DNA from: Armatimonadota bacterium
Lineage (GTDB): Bacteria > Armatimonadota > UBA10988
DNA: 36,324 bases
Assembly: GCA_016183835.1 (NCBI GenBank)
Contig: JACPDV010000037.1
Location: 1-36,324, forward strand
Direction: 5' to 3'
Shown: one piece after another, positions 24,835 to 33,672 of the stretch
Layout: each line of letters opens with the position of its first letter
Numbering within the stretch: position 1 is the stretch's first letter
Notes under the pieces: model-generated
Told to the model about the DNA's origin: nothing
What the model saw: only the letters and a program-made list of their open reading frames with translations
Database searches by the model: none
Translations under genes and position numbers: made by a program

Positions 24835-25620
24835 TCAGCGATACCGCTCCCACTCCGGCTCGTTGTCGAAGATCCAGCGGTAGTAGTCGCGGTTCTCGAG
24901 GAGCTGCGCCGCCTCTTCGTCCACGATCACCCGGCACTCGGGATGGAGCTGCAGGGCCGTGGCGCTGATCATCGACGTCACCGGCCCCTCCACCGCCTTG
25001 GCCAGCACCCAGGCCTTGTCTTCGCCCGTCACCAGCAACAGGCAGCGCCGCGAATCGAGGATCGTCCCCACACCCATCGTGATCGCCCGGCGCGGCACGT
25101 TGGCCACGCCGCCAAACAGCTCCGCGTTCTGCTCCAGCGTGGTCTCGCTGAGGGCCTTGGCGCGGGTCCGCGAGCGCATCGCCGAGAGCGGCTCGTTGAA
25201 CCCGATGTGGCCCGTGCGGCCCATCCCCAGGAGCTGCAGGTCGATCCCGCCCATCTCCCGCATCAACTCTTCATAGCGGGCACACTCGGCGTCCACGTCG
25301 CGGGCCAAGCCGTCGGGCAGGTAGGTGTTGCGCGGGTCGATGTTGACCTTCGAGAAGAGGTGGGTGTTCATGTACCAGCGGTAGGAGCGCGGGTCGCGCG
25401 GACCCAGGCCGAGGTACTCGTCCAGGTTGAACGTCACCGCCAGGGAGAAGTCCAGCCCCTCGAAGGCGTGCGCGGCGGCGAGGTGCTCGTAGACCCGCTC
25501 CATGGTCCGCCCAGTGGCCAGGCCGAGCACGGTGCGGGGCTGGGCGCGCAGCCGGTCGGCGATCAGCCGCGCCGACAGCCGGCAGGCGTCCTCGGCGGTG
25601 GGGCGAATGATGACTTCCAT
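24835..25620 (-). CDS. nagB: glucosamine-6-phosphate deaminase
   Basis: MEVIIRP...LGLATGRTM...TFNLDEY.GL......SY..YM...LF..V...LLGMGRTGHIGFNEP are canonical NagB motifs. 261 aa. The ORF extension to 26175 is shadow. Confidence 0.9.
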   Translation of the reverse strand: MEVIIRPTAEDACRLSARLIADRLRAQPRTVLGLATGRTMERVYEHLAAAHAFEGLDFSLAVTFNLDEYLGLGPRDPRSYRWYMNTHLFSKVNIDPRNTYLPDGLARDVDAECARYEELMREMGGIDLQLLGMGRTGHIGFNEPLSAMRSRTRAKALSETTLEQNAELFGGVANVPRRAITMGVGTILDSRRCLLLVTGEDKAWVLAKAVEGPVTSMISATALQLHPECRVIVDEEAAQLLENRDYYRWIFDNEPEWERYR

Positions 25621-25641
25621 CGGCTGGTTCCTCGCGCCCCG

Positions 25642-25647
25642 AGTATA
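25642..25647 (-). promoter_or_regulatory. candidate -10 box TATACT for nagB in a 39-bp divergent intergenic region
   Basis: The minus strand reads cGCTATACTCGGgg, 21 nt upstream of ATG 25620. The 11-mer is identical to that at 2068-2078. GAGGA SD follows. Confidence 0.3.
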
Positions 25648-25659
25648 GCGGAGGGTGCC

Positions 25660-26535
25660 ATGTTCATCGACATCCACGGCCACGTCCAGAAGCGCCCGGG
25701 GGTGCTCCGCGGCGCGAAGCCCTGCTTCGCCTCGCCCGAGCAGCTCATCGCCCGCCACGACGCGGTGGGCATCGAGCAGGGGGTGCTGCTGCCCCTGATT
25801 CATGCCGAGTGCAACTACGTGATCCAGGGCAACGAGGAGGTGCTCGAGATCGCCGAGACCCACCCCGGCCGCTTCATCCCCTTCTGCAACGTCGAGCCGC
25901 GGATGATGAGCAACTCCACCGACGCGCCGCTGGGCGACCTGATGCGCCACTACCGCGACCAGGGCTGCCGCGGGCTGGGCGAGGTCTGCGCCAACCTGCC
26001 GTTCCTCGACCCGCTCCTCCAGAACTTGTTCCGCCACGCTCAGGAGGTGGGCTTGCCGGTGACCTTCCACGTGGCGCACCGGATCGGGGGCATCTACGGC
26101 ATCTACGACGAGCCCGGTCTGCCGCAGTTCGAGACGACCCTCCAGCGGTACCCCAAGCTGCGGTTCCTCTGCCACTCGCAGTCGTTCTGGGCGGAGATGG
26201 GGCGGCTGCGCACGCCGGCCGATCGCGGCGGCTACCCGAGCTACCCGATCGACGAGGAGGGCGTGGTGCCGCAGCTCTTCCGGCGCTACGAGAACGTCTA
26301 CGGCGACCTCTCAGCGGGGAGCGGCTGCAATGCGCTGAACCGGGACCCCGACTACGCCGTGCAGTTCCTCAACGAGTTCCAGGACCGGCTGCTCTTCGGC
26401 ACCGACATCTGCGCGCCCGACACGCCTACGCCGCTGGTGGACTTCCTGCTCGAGCTGCGAGACGCGGGTCGGATCAGCGCGTCGGTCTTCGCCAAGGTGG
26501 CGCGCGAGAACGCCGTCAGACTGCTCGGCCTCTAG
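25660..26535 (+). CDS. amidohydrolase family protein (TIM-barrel metal-dependent hydrolase)
   Basis: The start at MFIDIHGHV carries the HxH motif and is preceded by GGAGGG. It also has LFGTDICAPD (C-terminal Asp) and 291 aa of normal composition. Confidence 0.8.
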   Translation: MFIDIHGHVQKRPGVLRGAKPCFASPEQLIARHDAVGIEQGVLLPLIHAECNYVIQGNEEVLEIAETHPGRFIPFCNVEPRMMSNSTDAPLGDLMRHYRDQGCRGLGEVCANLPFLDPLLQNLFRHAQEVGLPVTFHVAHRIGGIYGIYDEPGLPQFETTLQRYPKLRFLCHSQSFWAEMGRLRTPADRGGYPSYPIDEEGVVPQLFRRYENVYGDLSAGSGCNALNRDPDYAVQFLNEFQDRLLFGTDICAPDTPTPLVDFLLELRDAGRISASVFAKVARENAVRLLGL

Positions 26536-26536
26536 G

Positions 26537-26761
26537 TCAGTGAGCGGGTTGGTCGGCAGGCTTCGGCGTCGCCCCGCCGCTCTGCCCCGGCATGTTCTTC
26601 TGCATCTGCTGCATCATGCGCGGGTTCTCCGCGCTGGCCGGCAGCGCCTTCGGCTTCAAGGTGACCCACCACCCCACGACGCCCACGATCAGCAGCGTCA
26701 GCACGATCACCACTGCCACGGTCGACGGGCTCAACTCGCTGGATGCTCTGGACTGAGCCAT
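26537..26761 (-). CDS. small single-pass membrane protein, hypothetical
   Basis: MAQSRASSELSPSTVAVVIVLTLLIVGVVGWWV... has one clear TM helix and a Pro/Gly/Gln-rich tail. GAGGT is upstream. TACAAT occurs on the minus strand at 26829-26834. No homology recognised. Confidence 0.45.
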   Translation of the reverse strand: MAQSRASSELSPSTVAVVIVLTLLIVGVVGWWVTLKPKALPASAENPRMMQQMQKNMPGQSGGATPKPADQPAH

Positions 26762-26923
26762 CTGTTGGTGGACCTCGGCCGGGCCGTTAGGCCCGGCTTG
26801 CGGCAACCTGTTTCCGGGCCGCGCGGCGATTGTAGCCGACCCGCCGGGGCCACGTCAACCGATCCACGGCCGGCAGGACCGCGGCCCGCGCCGGCCAATC
26901 GTGCGCCGTCGTGTGAGGTCGCC

Positions 26924-27916
26924 ATGCTCCGTCTCGCGCTCTTCGGCGCCGGCCGCCTCGGCCGGCAGAACATCACCCGCGCCGTCGAAACCGGGCAGGC
27001 CCGCCTGACCGCTGCGTGCGACGCGTCGTCCGCCGCCGCCGAGGCGCTCGCCGGCGACTTCGGCGCCGCGGTGTGCCCCGACCTGGCCGCGCTGCTCGAC
27101 AGCGGGCCCGACGCGCTCTTCGTCTGCACCCCGCCCCGCGTCCGCCGCGAGGCGCTCCTCGACGCCGCAGCGCGCGGGATCCACGTCTTCGTCGAGAAGC
27201 CGCCCGCCTACGCCTGGCCCGACGCCGTCGAGTGCGCCGGCGCGCTGCGGCGGGCCGGGGTGATCACCGCCTGCGGCTTCCAGGGCCGCTACACCCGCGC
27301 GCTGCAGCGCGCCCGCGAGCTGCTTGCCGGCAGGCGGCTGCAGGCCACCCTGAGCCACGGCTTCTTCGACCATTACGTCAACGACTACTGGCCATCCTGG
27401 TACCTGCGCTACGCCGACGCCGGCGGGCCGCTCTGCGAGCAGGCCATCCACGCCTTCGACGGCCTGCGGTTCATTGCCGGCGACATCGCCGAGGTCCACG
27501 CCCGCGGCGCTCACCGCTTCCACCCCCCGACCGCCGAACACGACGCCGAGGACACTCTCGCGCTGTCGCTGCTCTACGCCGACGGCGCGCTCGGCACCCA
27601 CACCCACGGCTGCGCCAACCGCGCCGGCGGCTGCGGGCTCGAGTTCATCGCCCCGGACGTGCGCCTCCGCGTCGGCTGGTTCGGCGGCCCGCTCGGCGGC
27701 ACGGTGGACGGCGTGGCCATCGACGAAGACCCGCCAAGCGACCCGGCCCGCGACAAGGTGGCCTCGTTCTTGACCGCGATCGAGACCGGCGACCGCAGTC
27801 TGGTGCTCAGCGGTTACGACGACGCCTGCCGCACCCTGGCCGTGAGCCTGGCCGGCAACGCTTCGCTTCGCTCCGGCAGCCCGGAGCCCGTCCCGTCCCT
27901 GGAGAACCCCTCGTGA
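26924..27916 (+). CDS. Gfo/Idh/MocA family oxidoreductase
   Basis: MLRLALFGAGRLG is the Rossmann GxGxxG. VFVEKPPA is the EKP motif. 330 aa, with GAGG SD 5 nt upstream. Confidence 0.85.
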   Translation: MLRLALFGAGRLGRQNITRAVETGQARLTAACDASSAAAEALAGDFGAAVCPDLAALLDSGPDALFVCTPPRVRREALLDAAARGIHVFVEKPPAYAWPDAVECAGALRRAGVITACGFQGRYTRALQRARELLAGRRLQATLSHGFFDHYVNDYWPSWYLRYADAGGPLCEQAIHAFDGLRFIAGDIAEVHARGAHRFHPPTAEHDAEDTLALSLLYADGALGTHTHGCANRAGGCGLEFIAPDVRLRVGWFGGPLGGTVDGVAIDEDPPSDPARDKVASFLTAIETGDRSLVLSGYDDACRTLAVSLAGNASLRSGSPEPVPSLENPS

Positions 27917-28911
27917 ACGTCCTCGTCATCGGTGGCACCGGCAACATCAGCACGCAGATCGTCCGCTCACTGCTCGTCCACGGGCACGCGGTCACCATCG
28001 TCACCCGCGGCAAGCGCCCGGCGCCCGACGGAGTGCGCGCCGTCGTCGCCGACCGCAAGCAGCGCGACGCCTTCGAGACCGCCATGCGCGCCGAGTCGCC
28101 GGACGCCGTGATCGACATGATCGCCTACGAGCCGGCCGACACCGAATCCACCCTCCGGGCCTTCGCCGGGCGGGTCGGACATCTGGTCCATTGCTCCACG
28201 GTGATGACCTACGGCCCGCCCATCGCCCACGTCTACGCCGACGAATCCTGCCCACTCCAGGCGCGCTCGGGCTACGGCAAGAACAAGATCGTGATCGACG
28301 AGCTGCTGCTCAGGGCGCACGCGGACAGCGCGCTGCCGGTGACCATCGTCAAGCCGAGCTACACCTACGGCCCCGGCATGCCGTTGCTCCGCCAGGTGGG
28401 CGATGACGGCCGGTGGATCGACCGGATCCGCAAGGGCAAGCCGATCCTCTCGTCGGGCGACGGCAACGGCTTCTTCCAGATGCTTCCCACCCGCGACGCC
28501 GGGGAGTTCTTCACGCTGCTGCTCGGCCGCGAGCACACCTTCGGGCAGATCTACAACATGGTCCACCCCGAGCCCACCACCTGGGACCAGTGGCATCGCA
28601 TGGCGATGCAGGCGGTGGGGCGCGAGGTGGAGATCGTCCACGCGCCGGCCGAGCTGCTGATGGCCACCGACCAGCGTTACGCCGGGCTGGACCACAACTT
28701 CGGCCACCACCAGCTCTTCAGCGGGGCCAAGGCGGCGCGTGACGTGCCCGAGTGGCAGGCGACCACCGACCGGGTCGAGTGGATGCGCGAGAACATCGCC
28801 TACATGGACCGGCAGGGCCTGATCGTCGACACGGACGCCGACGGCGACGACCTGGAGGACCGGCTGGTCGCGGCGCTGTGCGGCCTGCCGGCGTCGCTCG
28901 CGTCGACGTAG
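27913..28911 (+). CDS. NAD-dependent epimerase/dehydratase (extended SDR) family protein
   Basis: The GTG start overlaps the upstream stop (GTGA), with GGAGAA 7 nt upstream. VNVLVIGGTGNISTQIV is the GxxGxxG motif. SGYGKNK is the YxxxK motif. Confidence 0.85.
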   Translation: MNVLVIGGTGNISTQIVRSLLVHGHAVTIVTRGKRPAPDGVRAVVADRKQRDAFETAMRAESPDAVIDMIAYEPADTESTLRAFAGRVGHLVHCSTVMTYGPPIAHVYADESCPLQARSGYGKNKIVIDELLLRAHADSALPVTIVKPSYTYGPGMPLLRQVGDDGRWIDRIRKGKPILSSGDGNGFFQMLPTRDAGEFFTLLLGREHTFGQIYNMVHPEPTTWDQWHRMAMQAVGREVEIVHAPAELLMATDQRYAGLDHNFGHHQLFSGAKAARDVPEWQATTDRVEWMRENIAYMDRQGLIVDTDADGDDLEDRLVAALCGLPASLAST

Positions 28912-28937
28912 GCTCACGCGGACGCGTCCGGCGGCGG

Positions 28938-29717
28938 CTACGAGGCGGCGGGCGGCGTGCTCACGTCCGGGGTCGCGGGCGCGCCGGACCGAGCCCGCGG
29001 CAGCGGCACCAACGCCGGCACCTCCTGCCGGTAGGCCTCGTACTCCGCGCCGTGGAAGGTCAGCAGGTCGCGCTCCTCGAGGGCCACGCCGATCAGGATG
29101 TAGGCCGTAGTGGCCACGGCGAAGAGCAGGTGGCCGGCCGTCATGCGGGGCGTCGCCCAGAACGCGATGATGAAGCCCAGCATGATGGGGTGGCGGACGT
29201 AGCGGTAGAACGCCCGCTTCACGAACGGCGGCGGCTGGTGCGTTTCACCCCGCGCATAGGCGCGGACCTGCTTCACGCCGAACAGGTCGAAGTGGTCGAT
29301 CATGCAGGTCGACGACAGGACCAGCAGCCACCCCAGAGCGAAGAGCGCCTGCAAGACCAGTCGCCCGAGTGGCGTCTCGACGCTCCACACCACGGCCGGG
29401 AACGGCCGCCACTGCCAGAACAGCAGGGCGAGGAGCAGGCTCGAGATCAGCACGAACGTGCTCCGCTCGATGGCCTTGGGGATGTACTGCGTCAGCCAGC
29501 GCTTGAAGACCGGGCGGGCCATCACGCTGTGCTGCACCGCGAACAGGCCAAGCAGGAGCACGTCCACCGCCAGCCCGGCGCCAGTCGAGCCCGCATTCCC
29601 CGTGTCGATGGCCTTCGGCACCACCAGATTGCCCACGAATCCGATGGCGTAGAGGAAGACGACCAGGAACAGCCCGTAGCTCACGACGCCGTACCCCAAC
29701 ACCAAGCTCGCACCCAT
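28938..29717 (-). CDS. membrane-bound ICMT/PEMT-superfamily methyltransferase (MddA-like)
   Basis: Multiple TM helices. The C-terminal FYRYVRHPIMLGFIIAFWATP...ALEERDL...G..Y..Y is characteristic of isoprenylcysteine carboxyl methyltransferase-like/MddA-type enzymes. A strong SD (AAGGAG) lies 7 nt upstream. Confidence 0.75.
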   Translation of the reverse strand: MGASLVLGYGVVSYGLFLVVFLYAIGFVGNLVVPKAIDTGNAGSTGAGLAVDVLLLGLFAVQHSVMARPVFKRWLTQYIPKAIERSTFVLISSLLLALLFWQWRPFPAVVWSVETPLGRLVLQALFALGWLLVLSSTCMIDHFDLFGVKQVRAYARGETHQPPPFVKRAFYRYVRHPIMLGFIIAFWATPRMTAGHLLFAVATTAYILIGVALEERDLLTFHGAEYEAYRQEVPALVPLPRARSGAPATPDVSTPPAAS

Positions 29718-29824
29718 CGGTGTCTCCTTCTCCTCCTATTCTCGTGCGTCTGCCCGGTAGACGCCGGAAGTGGCGCCGAGGAGCCCCGCGCCGACCGGTG
29801 AATGGCCCGTCTGGAGACCCGCCG

Positions 29825-32800
29825 ATGCGCTTTCTCCTGCCATGCCTCCTCGTTGCCGTCCCGCATGTGCTCGCCGCGGAGTATGTCGCGCCCCTCACGC
29901 CCCAGCCGCCGGCGCTCGACGGCCGCATCGACGCCACCGAGTGGGCCGCTGCCGTGGGCTTCGACGGCTTCGCCTGGGAGGGCCGGCTCGAGCGCCGGCG
30001 CGTCCGCGCCTGGGTGACCGCCGCGCCCGACACCATCTACGTGGCCATCCGCTCCCAGCTCCCCGCCGAGGGCGCGCTCGTGGCGGCCATCGACAAGGAC
30101 ATCGAGAAGCTCGTCTTCGACGACAGCGTGGAAGTCTGGCTCGCCATGCACGCCCGCGGCAACGCAAAGCAGGATCCCGGGTGGGACGGCGGCTGGCGGG
30201 TCGCCTCCACGCAGCACGACGGCTGGTGGGACTGGGAGTGCGCCCTCCCGCTCGCCGCGGTGGCGCCCGGAAGGCGGAGCACCGACGGCGCCTGGGGCAT
30301 CAACCTCTGCCGCAACTGGAAGCAGGACTGGGCCTTCTCCTCCCTCGGTGGCGGCGGGTACGCGCCGGGCAAGGAGGTGCTGTTCAGATTCGTGCCGGGC
30401 GCGCCGGCGATCCAGCACACGCAGCGGCGGGATCCGGCCGGCACCGACGTCATGAGCGTCGTCGCGATCGCCGGCCCGGCGCGGGTGCAAGTGGTGCAGC
30501 GGCTCCAGCGCGACAAGATGCCGGACGTCCTGGTCGACGAGCACCACGACATTGCCGCCGGCAAGCCGTTCGAGGTGCCGCTCACCGTGGACGACCAGAA
30601 CACCTCGGGCACGTTCACGCTCAGCCTCGAGGTGACTTCGGAGGACGGCCAGACGGTCTACTACCGCCGCCAGGTGGGCTGGCGGGCCGGCCCACGCGAC
30701 TGGACCTGGAAGACCGCCAAGCCGGTCAAGCTCCCGGTGGACCTGCAGATCGCCTACTACCCTTACGCCGCGAAGCTGCGCGTCCTCGCCGACGTGAGCG
30801 GGCTCCCGCCCGAGGCGAAGCTGCAGCACCTGCTCGTCACCGTGCGGCCGAAGGGCAAAGCCGCCGCGCTCAAGTCGCTGACGCTCAACCAGTTCGACCC
30901 GAACGGCCGGCAAGCGGCGGAGCTGGCGCTCCCCGGGCTCGACGGGGAGTACGAGGTGGTGGCCAAGGCCGTGGGCGCCAACGTCCCGGCGGGCGAGGTG
31001 GTCAAGCCGCTGACCCGCACGAAGTTCGAATGGGAGCACAATCCGGCCGGCCGGAAGCCCGCGGTCTACGCGCCTTTCACCCCGCTGAAGCTGACCGGGA
31101 AGACGCTCGACGCGGTGCTGCGGCGGCACGAGCTGAACGGCCTGGGGCTCTGGGACCAGGTCACCGCCGCGGCGCAGAACACCGGCGTCAGCAAGCCACT
31201 CCTCGCCGCGCCGATGCGCATCCGGGCGACCACGGCGAATGGCGATCAGACGGTGCAGCCGGCGGCATTGGGCGTGGTGCAGCCGGGCGAGGCGCGGATG
31301 GTCCTCTCCGGCGGCTTCCGGGCCGGCCCGTTGCGGGCGGCGACGCGCACCACCTGGGACCTGGACGGCCTGGCCTGGACCGAGCTGACCCTCCAGCCCA
31401 CCGGCGGGCAGACCGTCCAGGCGCTGACCCTCGAGATCCCCTTCCGCAACGACGCCGCGACGCTGATGCACGCCATGAACGAGGGCATCCGGCACGTGAT
31501 CTACTCGCAGGCCGTGCCGGCGGGTGAGGGCGTGGTGTGGGACGCGGGCAAGCTGCCGCCGGGCGAGCTGCCCAAGGGCTTCTGCACTTACTGCTTCGTC
31601 GGCAATCCCAACCGCGGCATCGCCTGGTTCGCCGAGAACGACAAGGGCTGGAGCTGGGACGCCGGCAAGCCGAACCTGGAGCTGGTGCGCGAGGGCGCTA
31701 CGCTGACCCTCCGGGTGCACCTGATCAGCAAGCCCCTCGCGATCGACCAGCCGCGCACGCTCCGTTTCGGCCTCCAGGCGGCGCCCGCCAAGCCGCGGCT
31801 CGCGCCCTGGCGCTACCGCTTCTACCGCGACAACTACTCGCTCCTCGGCACCGACATCAACTGGTTCGCCCTCGGCGACTGCGGCTCGGTCTACCCCGCA
31901 CACAAGGACCTGTACCTGTGGGAGATGCTGGCCCGCGGCAACAAGGAGAAGCTCAGCGACCAGGACGTGGAGAAGGTGGTCGGCTACGGGCTCAAGTACT
32001 GGGAGCCCTACGGCCCCGACCGGGTCAACGCCTACAAGGCCCACGTGCGCTACAACCTCCGCTCGCGCTACGGGGCGAAGATGGTCTTCTACTACAACCG
32101 CGCCAGCTTCCAGCTCGCCGACGAGTTCCAGACCTTTGAAGACGAGTGGGCGCTGAGCGACTACCGCACCGTCGGACCGGGCAACGGCATCGGCGAGGTC
32201 AAGATCGTGCCCTGCGAGTCCTACGACGACCACGCGCTCTACTGGTACGGCAAGTCGTTCGATGTGGGCGGCAACCAGGGGGTCTACTGGGACAACTGGT
32301 TCATCTGCCCGACGCAGAACACGACGATGACCGACGCCTACCGCACCCCGGACGGCTCGGTGGTGCCGGCGGCGGGCATCCTGGGCATGCGCGAGCTATG
32401 CCGCCGCACCTTCAACTACATGAACGAGCGGAAGATGACGCCCATCACCTTCCCGCACATGACGAGCACCAACATCCTGCCGATGCACGGCTTCGCCACG
32501 GTGCAGTACGACTGGGAGTGGAAGTACAGCGAGGGCGACGTGCAGAACCGCTTCCCGCGCGAGTACCTGCTGCTGGTCAGCAACGGCGATCTGGCGGGCA
32601 CCTGGCCGGTGCTGCTGGGCGACCACGGCCCGCAGGCGGAGGACCCGTGGACGCAGCGCACGTTCGCGGCGGTGAGTATCGTCCACGAGCTGAACCCGAG
32701 CACGGCGGGCTGGCAGAAGTGCTACGCGCTGTCGTGGAAGCCGTTCATCGAGCCCATCATCGCGCTGCTGGACGATCCGGCGCTGGTGGTCTACCGCTAC

Positions 32801-33076
32801 TGGGACGAGCGCCCGCAGCCGGTGACGGCGAACGACCCGGACCTGCCGACCATCGTCTACAGCGTGCTTGGCAAGGAGGCGGTGGCGGCGGTGGTGAGCT
32901 ACGCTGGCGAGGACCGCGACGTAACACTGACCATCGACCCGGCGGCGCTGGGGTTCAAGGCGGGCTACACGGTGACCGACGTGGAGACGGGCGAGGCGGT
33001 GGCGGTGGCGGGGGATCGGGTGCAGTTCCGGATGAAGAAGCACGATCTCAAAGAGCTGCGCCTCTCCGCGGGGTAG
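29825..33076 (+). CDS. large secreted protein with an N-terminal CBM9/DOMON-like module; putative glycan-active enzyme of unassigned family
   Basis: The start was chosen at MRFLLPCLLVAVPHVLAAE (signal peptide), with GGAGAC 8 nt upstream. PPALDGRIDATEWAAA...DSVEVW...WECALP resembles CBM9-type modules. The 1083-aa ORF has normal composition. The catalytic family was not recognised. Confidence 0.8.
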   Translation: MRFLLPCLLVAVPHVLAAEYVAPLTPQPPALDGRIDATEWAAAVGFDGFAWEGRLERRRVRAWVTAAPDTIYVAIRSQLPAEGALVAAIDKDIEKLVFDDSVEVWLAMHARGNAKQDPGWDGGWRVASTQHDGWWDWECALPLAAVAPGRRSTDGAWGINLCRNWKQDWAFSSLGGGGYAPGKEVLFRFVPGAPAIQHTQRRDPAGTDVMSVVAIAGPARVQVVQRLQRDKMPDVLVDEHHDIAAGKPFEVPLTVDDQNTSGTFTLSLEVTSEDGQTVYYRRQVGWRAGPRDWTWKTAKPVKLPVDLQIAYYPYAAKLRVLADVSGLPPEAKLQHLLVTVRPKGKAAALKSLTLNQFDPNGRQAAELALPGLDGEYEVVAKAVGANVPAGEVVKPLTRTKFEWEHNPAGRKPAVYAPFTPLKLTGKTLDAVLRRHELNGLGLWDQVTAAAQNTGVSKPLLAAPMRIRATTANGDQTVQPAALGVVQPGEARMVLSGGFRAGPLRAATRTTWDLDGLAWTELTLQPTGGQTVQALTLEIPFRNDAATLMHAMNEGIRHVIYSQAVPAGEGVVWDAGKLPPGELPKGFCTYCFVGNPNRGIAWFAENDKGWSWDAGKPNLELVREGATLTLRVHLISKPLAIDQPRTLRFGLQAAPAKPRLAPWRYRFYRDNYSLLGTDINWFALGDCGSVYPAHKDLYLWEMLARGNKEKLSDQDVEKVVGYGLKYWEPYGPDRVNAYKAHVRYNLRSRYGAKMVFYYNRASFQLADEFQTFEDEWALSDYRTVGPGNGIGEVKIVPCESYDDHALYWYGKSFDVGGNQGVYWDNWFICPTQNTTMTDAYRTPDGSVVPAAGILGMRELCRRTFNYMNERKMTPITFPHMTSTNILPMHGFATVQYDWEWKYSEGDVQNRFPREYLLLVSNGDLAGTWPVLLGDHGPQAEDPWTQRTFAAVSIVHELNPSTAGWQKCYALSWKPFIEPIIALLDDPALVVYRYWDERPQPVTANDPDLPTIVYSVLGKEAVAAVVSYAGEDRDVTLTIDPAALGFKAGYTVTDVETGEAVAVAGDRVQFRMKKHDLKELRLSAG

Positions 33077-33098
33077 TTAGCCAAAGGAGGAGAAAGAC

Positions 33099-33148
33099 GT
33101 CATTGCGAGGAGGTCCGCCGACGAAGCAATCTCGTCAGCCAGCCACCC
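33099..33148 (+). repeat. left copy of the GIY-YIG-associated ~50-nt repeat (core gtcattgcgaggaggtccgccgacgaagcaatc)
   Basis: The core 33099-33131 is a perfect 33/33 reverse complement of 33562-33594. The full 50 nt match 33623-33672 in inverted orientation at 45/50. Confidence 0.85.
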
Positions 33149-33192
33149 CTCGCCGGTTCGCTCCGCAACAGCCCGCCAACCAAGGGCGCCCC

Positions 33193-33513
33193 ATGTCATC
33201 GGACAAGCGCGGCTACGTCTACATCATGACCAACGTCCGGCACACCGTGCTCTACACCGGCGTGACCAGCGACCTGATCCGCCGCGTCTACCAGCACCGC
33301 GAGGGCCTATGCCCGGGCTTCACACGGCGGTACAACGTGGTGAAGCTGGTGTACTTCGAGGACCACGACCGGATGGACGATGCGATCGCCCGCGAGAAGG
33401 CGATCAAGGGCGGATCGAGGGACAGGAAGCTGACGCTCATCGAGAGCATGAACCCGGGGTGGCGTGACCTGTACGACGACGTTGCCCCCGGTGGGAATTC
33501 TGCGGAGGAGTGA
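33193..33513 (+). CDS. GIY-YIG nuclease family protein (small stand-alone URI-domain, COG2827/YhbQ-like)
   Basis: KRGYVYIMTN...VLYTGVTSDLIRRVYQHREG...VKLVYFE...AIAREKAIKG...K is the canonical small GIY-YIG pattern. 106 aa. Confidence 0.9.
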   Translation: MSSDKRGYVYIMTNVRHTVLYTGVTSDLIRRVYQHREGLCPGFTRRYNVVKLVYFEDHDRMDDAIAREKAIKGGSRDRKLTLIESMNPGWRDLYDDVAPGGNSAEE

Positions 33514-33561
33514 CGCGATGGCAGCACGGACCACTCTCGTCGGGGGCTTGTTGGCCAACGC

Positions 33562-33594
33562 GATTGCTTCGTCGGCGGACCTCCTCGCAATGAC
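33562..33594 (-). repeat. internal inverted copy (core only) of the GIY-YIG-associated repeat
   Basis: gattgcttcgtcggcggacctcctcgcaatgac is the exact reverse complement of 33099-33131. Confidence 0.85.
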
Positions 33595-33622
33595 AGTGGT
33601 TGGTGTGCGGGCGAGGGTGAGG

Positions 33623-33672
33623 GGGTGGCTGGCCAACGCGATTGCTTCGTCGTCGGACCTTCTCGCAATGAC
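33623..33672 (-). repeat. right inverted copy of the GIY-YIG-associated ~50-nt repeat
   Basis: gggtggctggccaacgcgattgcttcgtcgtcggaccttctcgcaatgac matches the reverse complement of 33099-33148 at 45/50. Its terminal ...caATGac supplies the ATG of the downstream ORF. Confidence 0.85.

Larger units (their letters stand above)
33099..33672 (+). mobile_element. putative GIY-YIG nuclease cassette bounded by ~50-nt imperfect terminal inverted repeats
   Basis: The inverted repeats at 33099-33148 and 33623-33672 bracket a single GIY-YIG ORF plus one extra internal repeat copy. The unit separates an RBS-bearing leader (33071-33090) from the next ORF. No transposase or integrase is present. Confidence 0.35.

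Noticed and set aside
28919-28930. Perfect 12-bp palindrome CGGACGCGTCCG in the 26-bp gap between the convergent SDR and methyltransferase genes, considered as a bidirectional terminator.
   Set aside because: With no loop it could form at most a 4-bp stem, and there is no U-tract. It is too small to call a terminator. It might be a protein-binding site, but there is no supporting evidence.
33103-33192. In-frame TTG start (33103) that would add a 30-aa N-terminal extension (LRGGPPTKQSRQPATP...) to the GIY-YIG protein, using the AAGGAGG at 33084-33090.
   Set aside because: The extension is low-complexity and is simply the translated repeat. SD spacing is long (12 nt). The ATG at 33193 gives the canonical family N-terminus (KRGYVYIMTN) with its own AAGGG upstream.
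33518-33667. Longer LamG ORF starting at ATG 33518, which translates both right-hand repeat copies as LANAIASS.DLLAMT.
   Set aside because: The tandem peptide repeat is an artefact of translating the DNA repeats. A lipobox signal peptide begins at the ATG at 33668. It is kept only as an alternative start.
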